Assembly: GCA_965247125.1 (NCBI GenBank)
Contig: CBDFGO010000002.1
Span: 497,618-561,617 of the forward strand
Source: Rhodothermales bacterium
GTDB taxonomy: Bacteria; Bacteroidota; Rhodothermia; Rhodothermales; UBA10348
Reading direction: 5' to 3'
DNA: 64,000 nucleotides
Shown here: in pieces, positions 20,188 to 29,584 of the stretch
Layout of the letters: each line of letters opens with the position of its first letter
Position numbering within the stretch: position 1 is the stretch's first letter
Program-made: the position numbers and the translations under genes
The notes under the pieces: generated by a model
The model's database searches: none
What the model saw: only the letters and a program-made list of their open reading frames with translations
Told to the model about the DNA's origin: nothing

Positions 20188-21471
20188 GTGGCCAAAGTAA
20201 CACTGTCCAGGTGGGCCTCCAAAAAGGGCCCCGACGGCCTGGCTCCGATCTGCCTGATCATCCGCCATCAGAAGAAGCGTTCCATCCTCGAGCTCAAGAT
20301 CCGGGTTCTGGAAAAAGACTGGAATAAGAAGCAATCCCAGGTGCGCAAGGGCCACGCGATGGAGCGGGAGTTCAACGAGCACCTTTCTGTGTGGCGATCG
20401 CGTGCGCAGCGTATGCTAGACCTAGCGATCGTTTCGCGCGAGGGTGTTTCGGCGTCTAAAATTATCGGCGATCTGAGGGCCATACAGAGAGCCGAAATGG
20501 GCTCTACAGAAACCAAGCAAATCGGCGACGCCGACGATTTTCTGCTCTACTTCCGGCAGCAGCTCGAGCGCTACGAGGCGCGCCGGCAGTGGGCGACCTT
20601 CGAAGCCTACCGAGTCGCCTACAACAAGCTGGCTGCGTTTGTCGAGAGCCGCACTGGCCAGGCGCATCTTCACTTTGACGACGTTGATGTTCATCTCCTC
20701 GAGGACTTTCGCACCCACCTCATCAGCCACTATGGCAATGCAACGAATACGGTTCATAAAAACCTGACCAGCATCCGGACGATTCTGTACCAGGCAATCC
20801 GGGAGGATCGCTTTCCCCAGGAGAGGAATCCGTTCTTCAGGCTGCAACTCAAGAAGAAGAAAGGCAGTCGGCACTATCCGATATCGATCGAGAAGATTTG
20901 GGAGATCGAAGATCTCGACCTGGCCGAGCATCATGACGATGCTCGCAATGCGTTTCTGATAGCGTTCTATGAGGGCGGCGTCCGGATCGCAGACGTCATC
21001 CAGATGCAGAGCAGCGACATCATCCACGATGGAAACATGTGGGTGGTCGAGTACGACATGGAGAAAACGGGAAAGCCGTCCGAATCCTTCCCGCTCTGGC
21101 CACCGGCCGAGAAGGTGCTCCGCAAATATGGATGGCCAGAGCTCAATCCAGACGACTACATTTTTCCTTACTTCCCCAAAGGCATGGTCATCGGGGGCCG
21201 GCCGGCCTTTGATCAGCGCAAGAAAAAAACCTCTCTGATCAACAAGCATCTGAAGGCTATCCAGCGCATGGTCGGAATCGAAACGCCCCTTACGACGCAC
21301 GTGGCCAGGCATTCGTTTGGCAGCCGGCTTGACCAGGAAGGTTGGGAGATTCAGGCTATACAGCGACTGCTTCGCCACTCCGATCCTCAAACCACTCAGA
21401 TCTATATAGACTCGATGAGGTCGCGGAGATACGATGACCGGCTCAAGAAGGCGTTGTTACCTGAGCGATAG
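20188..21471 (+). CDS. tyrosine recombinase / site-specific integrase (Bacteroidota-type, N-terminal arm-binding and SAM-like domains)
   Basis: GTG start. N-terminus KVTLSRWASKKGPDGLAPICLIIRHQKKR...W resembles the Arm-DNA-binding type. Catalytic region HVARHSFGS (H-x-x-R) and LLRHSDPQTTQIYID (catalytic Tyr). Confidence 0.9.
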   Translation: MAKVTLSRWASKKGPDGLAPICLIIRHQKKRSILELKIRVLEKDWNKKQSQVRKGHAMEREFNEHLSVWRSRAQRMLDLAIVSREGVSASKIIGDLRAIQRAEMGSTETKQIGDADDFLLYFRQQLERYEARRQWATFEAYRVAYNKLAAFVESRTGQAHLHFDDVDVHLLEDFRTHLISHYGNATNTVHKNLTSIRTILYQAIREDRFPQERNPFFRLQLKKKKGSRHYPISIEKIWEIEDLDLAEHHDDARNAFLIAFYEGGVRIADVIQMQSSDIIHDGNMWVVEYDMEKTGKPSESFPLWPPAEKVLRKYGWPELNPDDYIFPYFPKGMVIGGRPAFDQRKKKTSLINKHLKAIQRMVGIETPLTTHVARHSFGSRLDQEGWEIQAIQRLLRHSDPQTTQIYIDSMRSRRYDDRLKKALLPER

Positions 21472-21774
21472 TTCCCTGAAACCATGTTGGACACCTGATC
21501 GTAGATAAGTCACTTCCTAGGAGTCTATCAGCCGTGCTCACAAAGTGCGCTGGTGCTACCAGGCTCTGCGATGCCTGTTGGTAGCAGGTGTCGAATCGTG
21601 GGATTCCCTTGTGGTGCCGATGAAAGACTCCGCCCCGCTTGGCAGATCATCGCGGTTAGGATGGCTCTGGAAACCAATGCATTGGTGAAAGGATAGTGTC
21701 AGGCATGGCACGAAAAATCGTTCTGCACCTATTAATGGTCCAGGGCCTTGGACATTTCATAAGAGGCAACTCAG

Positions 21775-21861
21775 ATGAAAGTGTCAAAGAATGCGCACAT
21801 GCTGTGTGATCTAGTGATGATCGCGTGGTTGATCATTCAGGTTCTCATCACGCTGCAATAA
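21775..21861 (+). CDS. 28-aa hydrophobic peptide ORF (MKVSKNAHMLCDLVMIAWLIIQVLITLQ)
   Basis: ATG at 21775 and TAA at 21859-21861. One TM-length hydrophobic stretch. An intrinsic-terminator hairpin follows 7 nt downstream. Too short for the ORF track. Coding status is unproven. Confidence 0.3.
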   Translation: MKVSKNAHMLCDLVMIAWLIIQVLITLQ

Positions 21862-21867
21862 CTAATG

Positions 21868-21904
21868 AGCCGAGTCGGCATTCGTTGACTCGGCTTATCT
21901 TTTT
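21868..21904 (+). terminator. rho-independent terminator
   Basis: 9-bp stem AGCCGAGTC (21868-21876) pairs with GACTCGGCT (21887-21895). The loop is 10 nt. A TTATCTTTTT tract follows. Confidence 0.7.
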
Positions 21905-22067
21905 CATTCGTGTCTACCCGGATCAGCGTAATGTGACCAGAGCTGTCAGCCCAAAATGCGGCCAACCCGCTACCTCTTCACTCGCTGCCGAATTGAGAGC
22001 GCCAATAGTCCAAGTAGACTCGGCCCGAGGATGGAATGAACACTCGCAGCGGTTTTCCGGAGGCTCC

Positions 22068-22109
22068 GTAAAATAAAGTGGGTCCCGGAGCTCATACTCC
22101 AGGACCCAC
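22068..22109 (-). terminator. rho-independent terminator downstream of the T9SS-CTD remnant
   Basis: Hairpin GTGGGTCC(CGGAG..CTCC)GGACCCAC at 22078-22109. On the minus strand it is followed by TTTATTTTAC. Confidence 0.6.
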
Positions 22110-22132
22110 CTTCTCCAATTATTCAGGTGAGC

Positions 22133-22393
22133 TTATTTTAACAGAGTGACTTTTTTGCTGAACACGTGCTTGTTCGTCATTATTCTGAAAAAATAAATTC
22201 CCGATGGTTGCCGCGATGCATCCCAGGAAAATTGGTGCTTGCCTGCGTCAAAGAATCCGCTACCAATCCTATCGAGGAGCCTTCCCTGTATATCAAACAC
22301 TTCTATCGAAATGTTTGAAGCGTCTTCCAGGGTCATGCCATCACCTCTTCGACGTTGGTCTGATTCATTTCGCACATTGTACAGACCACGCAA
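22133..22393 (-). pseudogene. remnant of a T9SS (Por) C-terminal sorting domain; the 5' body of the gene is missing
   Basis: The C-terminal ~60 aa IEVFDIQGRLLDRIGSGFFDAGKHQFSWDASRQPSGIYFFRIMTNKHVFSKKVTLLK fits the type A sorting-domain pattern. No long ORF lies upstream of it. Confidence 0.6.
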
Positions 22394-22886
22394 TAAATGA
22401 GGCTCCGAGCACCAAAAACAGGCTGCCAGCAGTTTGTTTTATGGAATTATTGCGCGGCCAAAAGACAAATGCGAAATGATGGTTGGGCAATAATTGTGCA
22501 TTAGTAGAGATCCTAGCTAAGCATTTCACCACTCTACACCGATACAAAGCGCGGAAAATCGGGTCGGATCTCTTCGACCAGAAGCGCAAATGTGACATTC
22601 GCTCTATTGCTACTTCTGCGAAATATTTGTACCTCCTTCGGTGGTAAAAGGTCAGGTTCCGGAGCCGGGTAAATCCCCAACAGAGGCGGCAGTGATTCAC
22701 GACAAACCGTCTGAAAAGCCTGTCTCTCCGACCACTACCTGATGATGCGCGAAAACGTGAAACCGGCCTTTTTAGACCTTCTCCTTCAACTAGGGTAGAA
22801 ACGAATACACGTTCCTAAAGGGATGCATTTTGAGCTCAACCTACCCTACTATTGCAGCTCTGTAGCTAACTAATACTTTACCGAAA

Positions 22887-24776
22887 ATGAGAAAGACGCA
22901 CACGACCTATCCATACGTTTTCTTCCTCTGCGCAATAAGCATGGCCCAATTCTCTTTGACGGACGCCTCGGCACAGAACGTACTATATGTTCACGACTCC
23001 GCCTCGGGAAGCGCGACAGGAGCTTCGTGGGATGACGCTTTCGTATACCTACAAAATGCTCTGGCCGTTGCCGTAAATGGAGATGAAATATGGGTAGCTA
23101 CGGGCAGATACACGCCGGATCTCGGACGTGATTTCACTGAAGGTGATCGCTCGGCGTGGTTTGAGATCAGTGCCGTGATCGGTCTCTATGGAGGCTTTCA
23201 AGGCGGAGAAACGGAGCGATCTCAAAGAGACCCCTCTCTTAACGAGACTGTGCTTTCGGGCGACCTCTTGAATAATGACTTGGAATCCGATTTTCCGAAC
23301 GGGCCTTCTAGAGCAGAAAACTCCGGAAAAGTAATTTTTGTGCCGGAGATATTTGGCCTCCCCGCCGAAGATATCACCACAATAGACGGTTTCACCATCG
23401 AGGGGAGCCAGATTTCTTCCTCTCCCAGCTCTCGATCTGGAGCTCTTACAATACCTGGCCGCCCCTTTCGTCTATCAAATCTTGTTGTTAGAAACAATGT
23501 ATCACGTAACGGAGGTGGCGCTGCTATCAATGTTGTGTACGAGAATGGCTCCATCAGTAATGTTCAGTTCAGAAACAATCATACTGAAGAGCGTGGAGGC
23601 GGACTCAAAGTTTCAGGATTTGGGTCGCTAATTATTTCAAATTGTCTGTTTGACGAAAATGTTGCAGAGGGATCTGGCGGAGCTATTTATAGTCAGTCCG
23701 TTCGAACAACGATTGTCCGAACTACGTTTTCTAACAACGAATCCCTGTGGTGGGGCGGCGCGGCGCTCTTCGATGAATCTGTCGTGACGATCTGGAATTC
23801 GAGCTTTTATTCAAATTCAGCTGATAAAGGAGCCGGAGCACTCGATGTGGGTGGAGATGATGATCCCGACAACTTTACGGCAATAATCGGTTCGATTTTC
23901 TACGGAAATCGAACCGACCGGGATGGAGGTGCCATCAACTCAAGTAATCATTCCAACCTCATTGTAAACACCACGTTTGCCGACAACAGCGCGGGTAGAA
24001 ATGGTGCTGCTATTTATCTCGCCTTCAATCATCCGAAGGATAGGGTTGCAATCCAAAATTCAATCTTCTGGGGAAATACTACAGACGACGTGTTAGATAC
24101 TGATCTGCAAGTAGATCGAGAGGTCGGAACGACAAATGGACTTATGTCCATATTCAATTCGATTTTTCAGGGCGAGCTTCATTCTACATTTTCTGTGATC
24201 GAGCAGGTCACGGGCTCTGACCCTCTTTTTGTTAGCCCGCTTGGTATTGACGGTCTGGCTGGTACAGAGGATGATGACTTTCGGTTGACAGCATTTTCTC
24301 CAGGGGTGGATGGGGGCAATAATGATTGGCTTCCGACGGATAGCCTCGATCTCGACCAGGACGGATTGTTCTGGGAGAATACACCAGTCGATTTGGACGA
24401 GCGGCACCGCGCTTTTAGCACAGGAGAGTGGATGGGAACGGTCGATATTGGAGCCTACGAATACGGCTCACCGGCCGTCAGCGTAGGGATTGACTCAGAA
24501 CCGTCGCACATTCCTGGATCTATTCTGCTTGAGCTCTATCCCTCACCTGCTTCGGAATTTGTAATCCTACGTATGTCTTCGGCGAGTACTAGAAACCACA
24601 TGGGCTCTTCCCTTCTGCTATACGATTTGATAGGACGAGAGGTGAAGCGATGGTCATTCTCGGCTCCTTCATTAGAGCGACGGCTGGATCTCTCGAACAT
24701 TTCTCCAGGAGTTTATTGGATGACGCTACTTCACTCGGAAGGATCGGAATCCGTGTCCATTGTAATAACAAACTAA
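22887..24776 (+). CDS. secreted right-handed beta-helix (Pmp-like repeat) protein with T9SS C-terminal sorting domain
   Basis: Signal peptide. Recurring GGA(I/L)-type turns (NGGGAAINV, RGGGLKV, GSGGAIYS, WWGGAALF, GAGALDV, DGGAINS, NGAAIYL). C-terminal LELYPSPASEFVILRM...LYDLIGREV...ISPGVYWMTL. Confidence 0.8.
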   Translation: MRKTHTTYPYVFFLCAISMAQFSLTDASAQNVLYVHDSASGSATGASWDDAFVYLQNALAVAVNGDEIWVATGRYTPDLGRDFTEGDRSAWFEISAVIGLYGGFQGGETERSQRDPSLNETVLSGDLLNNDLESDFPNGPSRAENSGKVIFVPEIFGLPAEDITTIDGFTIEGSQISSSPSSRSGALTIPGRPFRLSNLVVRNNVSRNGGGAAINVVYENGSISNVQFRNNHTEERGGGLKVSGFGSLIISNCLFDENVAEGSGGAIYSQSVRTTIVRTTFSNNESLWWGGAALFDESVVTIWNSSFYSNSADKGAGALDVGGDDDPDNFTAIIGSIFYGNRTDRDGGAINSSNHSNLIVNTTFADNSAGRNGAAIYLAFNHPKDRVAIQNSIFWGNTTDDVLDTDLQVDREVGTTNGLMSIFNSIFQGELHSTFSVIEQVTGSDPLFVSPLGIDGLAGTEDDDFRLTAFSPGVDGGNNDWLPTDSLDLDQDGLFWENTPVDLDERHRAFSTGEWMGTVDIGAYEYGSPAVSVGIDSEPSHIPGSILLELYPSPASEFVILRMSSASTRNHMGSSLLLYDLIGREVKRWSFSAPSLERRLDLSNISPGVYWMTLLHSEGSESVSIVITN

Positions 24777-24786
24777 CGGCCAGAAC

Positions 24787-27700
24787 ATGATCAATCTTTC
24801 GATGCCCAATCTGAATCCATGGCGCACCAATTTTTTTATACTGTCTCTATTTTTTAGCATGTGTTGCGTTTTTACCGTTCAGGCGCAGAACCTTTCCGTA
24901 TCTAAATCGGGGATGTCTCGCGCAGCCCTACCCACCCACGAACTTTTCTTTGAGATTCTTTCAGGTTCCACCGCTGATAGGGTGGACATCTACGCAAGCA
25001 CAGGACATACATCAAGTCCGAGTATTGCCGTGTCTCTCATAAAAGGACAATCCGGGTGGACGGATGTGTGCCTAGAATCTGTTAATGAATACCATTGGGT
25101 AGTCGAAGTAGGTGAAATCTATGGAGCAGGACCCAAGTGTGAAACTTATGATATTTGGGATCCCAATGAACTCTATTCTATCGAAATAAATGCTCTTGAG
25201 TCCGGGCAAGTCGAGCACACGATATCACTTTTGTATATGAATTGTGATCTTGACTGGGACGATACGACGCCGCATAAAGAAGCAAACGGTTTCTACTGCC
25301 TCTACGCGGATACTGCCAATAAGGCAGATTTGGCAATTGAACTTGATCCGGATGGTTTTGGAGTAGTACCTGTAGATTTGGGATCAGATGATTATGAATA
25401 TCTAGGCGCAAAGTTTACAAGCGATGATAAGTGGATATATCCTCACCACTTGATCGACTACTGCGCCAGTGCTGTAATTACCGGCGGGAATGGAAGCGTT
25501 GAGTCGTGTGAAGGTGAGTCAAAGAACACGAAGTATTTCGTCATGACCTTTCAGACGACGCTCGACGATTATACACTTACAGCAGACGCAGATCTGGAAT
25601 TGGTGGAAGAAGCACCGGCAGCAAATCCCATTGTCTACTGGGGTGATGTAAAACTGACCTTTGCGGACGATACAGAGTTGATTGTCGGAGACGATGTTAC
25701 GCTGATTCTGGACGGAACAGAAATAAATCTTGACGGCCAATACGGTGCTTTTACTGCCATAAGGGGCAGTTTTATAGAACTGACGGGTGGCGCAGAAATT
25801 GCTGGAGATGCGTCGGATTCATACGATCAGCAAATCGTTTTCGAGGGAAACGGATCCGGAACGACTGGATATGATCTGACTATTTCCGGCAATGCGACAT
25901 TTAAACATGTTTATGCGACGCTTGAGGACGGTAATGACGGAGTTGTCAAAAACGGAGCTACACTGTATATGGACGGATCGACATCGCGGCGGTCCAAATT
26001 CTCTATTGATGGATACCTACTAATAGAAAGCGGCGGACTAATTCAGTGTCTCGGAACCGGTACAGAACTTATTGGCGACGGCGTAAACTGGAATCAATCT
26101 GACAATATTGAGGATTTAAACCCTAACAGTGCCGGAATAGACATGAATTGTTCTGGAGCATGTATTGTCGCCGACAATGGGGGCTCTGTTAGGTTCAACA
26201 CCGGATCGACGCTTACTTTTGAAGATGGAGGGTTTCTCGCGCTTAAAAATGGAGGACAAATTGTTCTTGAAAGCAATGCTGAGATGATATTCAAATCGGA
26301 TGCGGGGGATTACGATATCGATGCAGGAGCTACGTTTAAATTGGGCGAAAACGCTCTGATTACCTTCGACAAGGCCCTTGACCTGACAGGTACTTCCTCA
26401 AATCCAATCGTTTTTGAACGGCTTGATCCGAACGAGAGCTGGGATTACCTCGACCTGAAAGCCGACGGAAATACTCTCGAATACGTCGTATTTGATGGAG
26501 GAACGAAGAATATTCATGTCAGGAGTACCAATAATACTTTTACGAATATTACTTCGAAAAACGGTGAAAATGGCCTGAGTGCTGCGGCTGATTTCGTAAG
26601 TGGTCGAAGCAGCTTTACGTTGGAGGATAGTTATCTGCGGGACAATTCAAATGACGGTCTTGTTGCAGTTAATTCTAATGTCACAATAACAGGAACAGAG
26701 ATCACCGGTTCTGGAGAGGCTGGAATGTCATTGACTAGCTCCACCATTATCAACTTGGATGATAATCTTATTGAGGACAACGCTTCGTCAGCCGCGTCTG
26801 CCGGAGGAGTTGAAGTACTCTCTGGAGCCTGGTTCTACATGGATGATGAGGCTAACAACACCATCCGTGACAATGGTGGCGATGAAATTCTGGCGACGTC
26901 ATCCGGCCAGATCCACGCCGGCAAATGGCTGGGTGAATGTGAAGGCGGCCCGCCCCCGTGCGGTGGAGGTGGTTTCAATGATATCTATGATTCTTCAGAT
27001 CCTGGGACAACTTACAAGTACATCGACAACGACTCATCCTATGGCGCGGATGCAGAAAAAAATTATTGGGGGGAAACTCCCACTTCGGCCCTGTTTGACG
27101 GATCGGTCGATTACACGCCTTACTCATCTGTGTCTGTAGGCGCCTACAAGGCTGGTTCGCTAACTCCGAGAATGACTCTTGGAAAAACGATTGCGGAATT
27201 ACGAGTTCGGCTGCAGGAAACAGGACTTGGTGTTGATGCTGAGTCGCTGGCAAGACTGTATTCCCTTCAAAAGGCAGATCAGAAAGATAGATTCGGAGAA
27301 AGTGAACGTACAATCGGATATTTCGAAAATCTTGTTTCCGCGTTTGCCGGCGTTGACTTATCTAGAAGCTCGGGATCGATCCAAGCCGCCTCTGATCGGG
27401 CGATCTTAATTGTATTCCAAGAATATATGGGCACGGAAGATTTCGAAAGTGCAGTTCATCTATTAGCCGACCATCACGCCAAAATGTCAGGCGTAAAAGA
27501 AAGAAGCGAGTTCATTCTTTCAGCTGTTTTGCTTGCAGATTATTTCGGTCAGACGGCAACAGCAAATTCCTATTTCACTGAACTCTCGAAATTGTCTGGA
27601 AATAGCGATCATGAGCAGAGGGAGCTGGATGTACTAGCACGAGAGCTCTCTTTTTCGGGCCGGATAGAGCATTCTGACCGAAACTCCCCTAGAGTATTTC

Positions 27701-28029
27701 CGAGTTTGAGTCGTTCAGCTGCATCGAAAACGGTGCAGAGCGATGTATCTGATACTTCGGAGCTGTCTCTTTATCCCAATCCTGCCAATCCGAATACGGT
27801 CGTAAGGTTCGTGCTCGCTGAAAAGAGTGCCGTTGAGATTGAGTTCGTCGATATATTGGGTCGCACGATTCAAAAAAAATCAATTCTCTCAGCTCAACCC
27901 GGAAGCCATACTGTTAATGTGGATTTGTCGCGTTTCGCGAGTGGTCAGTATCTGGTGAGGCTAGTGGTTGTTGGTGAAAATGGCGTTGGTCGCGCAACAG
28001 AAACTCGAAAACTGATCGTTATGAAGTAG
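24787..28029 (+). CDS. large secreted beta-helix protein (1080 aa) with T9SS C-terminal sorting domain
   Basis: Signal peptide (FFILSLFFSMCCVFTVQAQ). Long repetitive beta-rich middle part. C-terminal LSLYPNPANPNTVVRFVL...VDILGRTI...FASGQYLVRL. Confidence 0.8.
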   Translation: MINLSMPNLNPWRTNFFILSLFFSMCCVFTVQAQNLSVSKSGMSRAALPTHELFFEILSGSTADRVDIYASTGHTSSPSIAVSLIKGQSGWTDVCLESVNEYHWVVEVGEIYGAGPKCETYDIWDPNELYSIEINALESGQVEHTISLLYMNCDLDWDDTTPHKEANGFYCLYADTANKADLAIELDPDGFGVVPVDLGSDDYEYLGAKFTSDDKWIYPHHLIDYCASAVITGGNGSVESCEGESKNTKYFVMTFQTTLDDYTLTADADLELVEEAPAANPIVYWGDVKLTFADDTELIVGDDVTLILDGTEINLDGQYGAFTAIRGSFIELTGGAEIAGDASDSYDQQIVFEGNGSGTTGYDLTISGNATFKHVYATLEDGNDGVVKNGATLYMDGSTSRRSKFSIDGYLLIESGGLIQCLGTGTELIGDGVNWNQSDNIEDLNPNSAGIDMNCSGACIVADNGGSVRFNTGSTLTFEDGGFLALKNGGQIVLESNAEMIFKSDAGDYDIDAGATFKLGENALITFDKALDLTGTSSNPIVFERLDPNESWDYLDLKADGNTLEYVVFDGGTKNIHVRSTNNTFTNITSKNGENGLSAAADFVSGRSSFTLEDSYLRDNSNDGLVAVNSNVTITGTEITGSGEAGMSLTSSTIINLDDNLIEDNASSAASAGGVEVLSGAWFYMDDEANNTIRDNGGDEILATSSGQIHAGKWLGECEGGPPPCGGGGFNDIYDSSDPGTTYKYIDNDSSYGADAEKNYWGETPTSALFDGSVDYTPYSSVSVGAYKAGSLTPRMTLGKTIAELRVRLQETGLGVDAESLARLYSLQKADQKDRFGESERTIGYFENLVSAFAGVDLSRSSGSIQAASDRAILIVFQEYMGTEDFESAVHLLADHHAKMSGVKERSEFILSAVLLADYFGQTATANSYFTELSKLSGNSDHEQRELDVLARELSFSGRIEHSDRNSPRVFPSLSRSAASKTVQSDVSDTSELSLYPNPANPNTVVRFVLAEKSAVEIEFVDILGRTIQKKSILSAQPGSHTVNVDLSRFASGQYLVRLVVVGENGVGRATETRKLIVMK

Positions 28030-28059
28030 TGGCGGAATCCAAGATTCGGTGATATTTCA

Positions 28060-28305
28060 GAGCCGCAAGAGCTTCCTGTAAAATTTGTAGTCGCTCAGAA
28101 CTATCCGAACCCATTCAACCCAACAACCACAAATGAATACACCATTCCGGAAGAGCTTCATCTTAGGTTAAAGGTCTATGATTCTTCAGGAAGGCACGTG
28201 GATTCGCTTGTCGACGGCTACCAAAACGCCTGAATACACTCCGTGGTATTTGATGCTTCAAATCTTCCAAGCGGAGTTTGTAACTATCACTTTGGCATGA
28301 CCCCG
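28060..28305 (+). pseudogene. orphan T9SS C-terminal sorting-domain fragment with in-frame stop, truncated at its 3' end by an IS remnant
   Basis: Reads ...FVVAQNYPNPFNPTTTNEYTIPEELHLRLKVYDSSGRHVDSLVDGYQNA*IHSVVFDASNLPSGVCNYHFG. The TGA sits where Gly is expected. It follows the stop of the 1080-aa gene, which has its own CTD. Confidence 0.7.
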
Positions 28306-28771
28306 GTTTTTTGATCCAGTATGTATGTTAGGATGCATGGCCCTTAATCAACTGCATCAACATGAAAGGAAGTAAACACACCGCAGGCCAGATCATCGAG
28401 AAACTTCGCACGGTTGAATCGCTGAGTGCTCAGGGCCAATCGATAGCTGAAGCTGTCAAATCCATTGAAGTAACTGAACAGACTTACTAGCGATGGAAGA
28501 AGAAGTACGGCGGGATGCACAAGCAGGACATTCGTCGTCTCAAGGAACTCGAGAAGGAGAATACCCGGCTGAAAAAGCTGCTGGCAGATCAGGTTCTTGA
28601 TAATGCCATCTTGAAAGAGGCAATAACGGGAAAGTATTAAGCCCGTCGCGTCGCAGATTGGCCGTTCGTCATGTTCAGAAGAGTCTGAATGTGAGTGAGC
28701 GGCGGGCTTGCCTGGTACTTTCTAAAGCACGTTCAACTCAGCGATATCGGTCTACATTGGCTGATCGCGAC
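28306..28771 (+). mobile_element. truncated, decayed IS3-family element (left end, orfA' and first ~45 codons of orfB')
   Basis: Candidate end TGACCCCGG at 28306. orfA' (28362-28640) reads MKGSKHTAGQIIEKLRTVE...EQTY*RWKKKYGGM...LKKLLADQVLDNAILKEA, with a premature TAG at 28488-28490. The orfB' N-terminus RRLAVRHVQKSLNVSERRACLVLSKARSTQRYRSTLADRD stops abruptly where the phage exonuclease gene ends. Confidence 0.75.
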
Positions 28772-29584
28772 CTAGGCTTGGCGCGTGCCGCCGTAGACCT
28801 CTTCCATAGCGGCGTGGAATCCATCTCGATCGCCCTTCCAATGCAGGCGAGCCGAAACGATGTCTTTCACGTGCTGGGGGAAGGTGCCGCCCAGCATCCA
28901 ATTCATGTATCTGATGTCGTGGTAACCCAACAGTGGCCTCCCGTTGGACTTTCCGAACCCGAAGCTGAGGCCCCACGGCTCCCACACGAAGTGCTCGCTC
29001 GGCCCGCACCAGTGCTTCATGTCAGGGAAGCAGGCGTCGCAGAGCTCGTCTGTACTGAGGTCCTCGAGCCCAAACTCCCGGATCATCTCGTAGAGGACGG
29101 CCTCGGTCGCGGTGACATCCGAAAGAGCATCGTGCTGATCCGTCATTTCGGATCCGACGAATTCGCGATATGCGTCCTCGAGTTTTCTGGGACGCCGAGC
29201 GAGCCACAGCTTATACGGGTCGATCTTCGTCTTTCCGACGAAGGGGTCGGCCAGGCCGCAGCGCTTCAATTCAGCCGCTACGATAGCAATGTCAAAATCA
29301 ACATTGTAGCCGACGATGACGTCGGCGGCGAGGACCTGTTGATAGATGAACTCCGCGAAGTGCGAGAACGGCTTCTCGTTTTCGAGCATGGCCGCGGTGA
29401 TCTTGTGGACAGCCAGGGCCCCGGGAGATATCTCTATTGTGGGCTTCATGAGCCACTTGTAGGACAGGCGCCCCTCTCCCTTTTCGAGGATCATGGCCAG
29501 CTGTACCACCTGGTCTTTGTCGCGCTGGGTGCCTGTCGTTTCGACGTCCAGGAATAGCTTGGCGTTTGAATCATTCTTCTTCAT
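28772..29584 (-). CDS. DEDDh 3'-5' exonuclease (DnaQ-like) with extra C-terminal domain; last gene of the phage early operon
   Basis: Exo I LFLDVETTGT, Exo II GYNVDFDI, Exo III HDALSDVTAT. Confidence 0.8.
   Translation of the reverse strand: MKKNDSNAKLFLDVETTGTQRDKDQVVQLAMILEKGEGRLSYKWLMKPTIEISPGALAVHKITAAMLENEKPFSHFAEFIYQQVLAADVIVGYNVDFDIAIVAAELKRCGLADPFVGKTKIDPYKLWLARRPRKLEDAYREFVGSEMTDQHDALSDVTATEAVLYEMIREFGLEDLSTDELCDACFPDMKHWCGPSEHFVWEPWGLSFGFGKSNGRPLLGYHDIRYMNWMLGGTFPQHVKDIVSARLHWKGDRDGFHAAMEEVYGGTRQA

Noticed and set aside
20422-21390. 322-aa minus-strand ORF opposite the integrase
   Set aside because: It is a shadow ORF. The plus-strand translation has clear tyrosine-recombinase motifs and the antisense one has none.
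28658-29557. 299-aa plus-strand ORF
   Set aside because: It is a chimera. The first ~38 aa are the N-terminus of a truncated IS3 orfB. The rest is the antisense of the DEDDh exonuclease gene.
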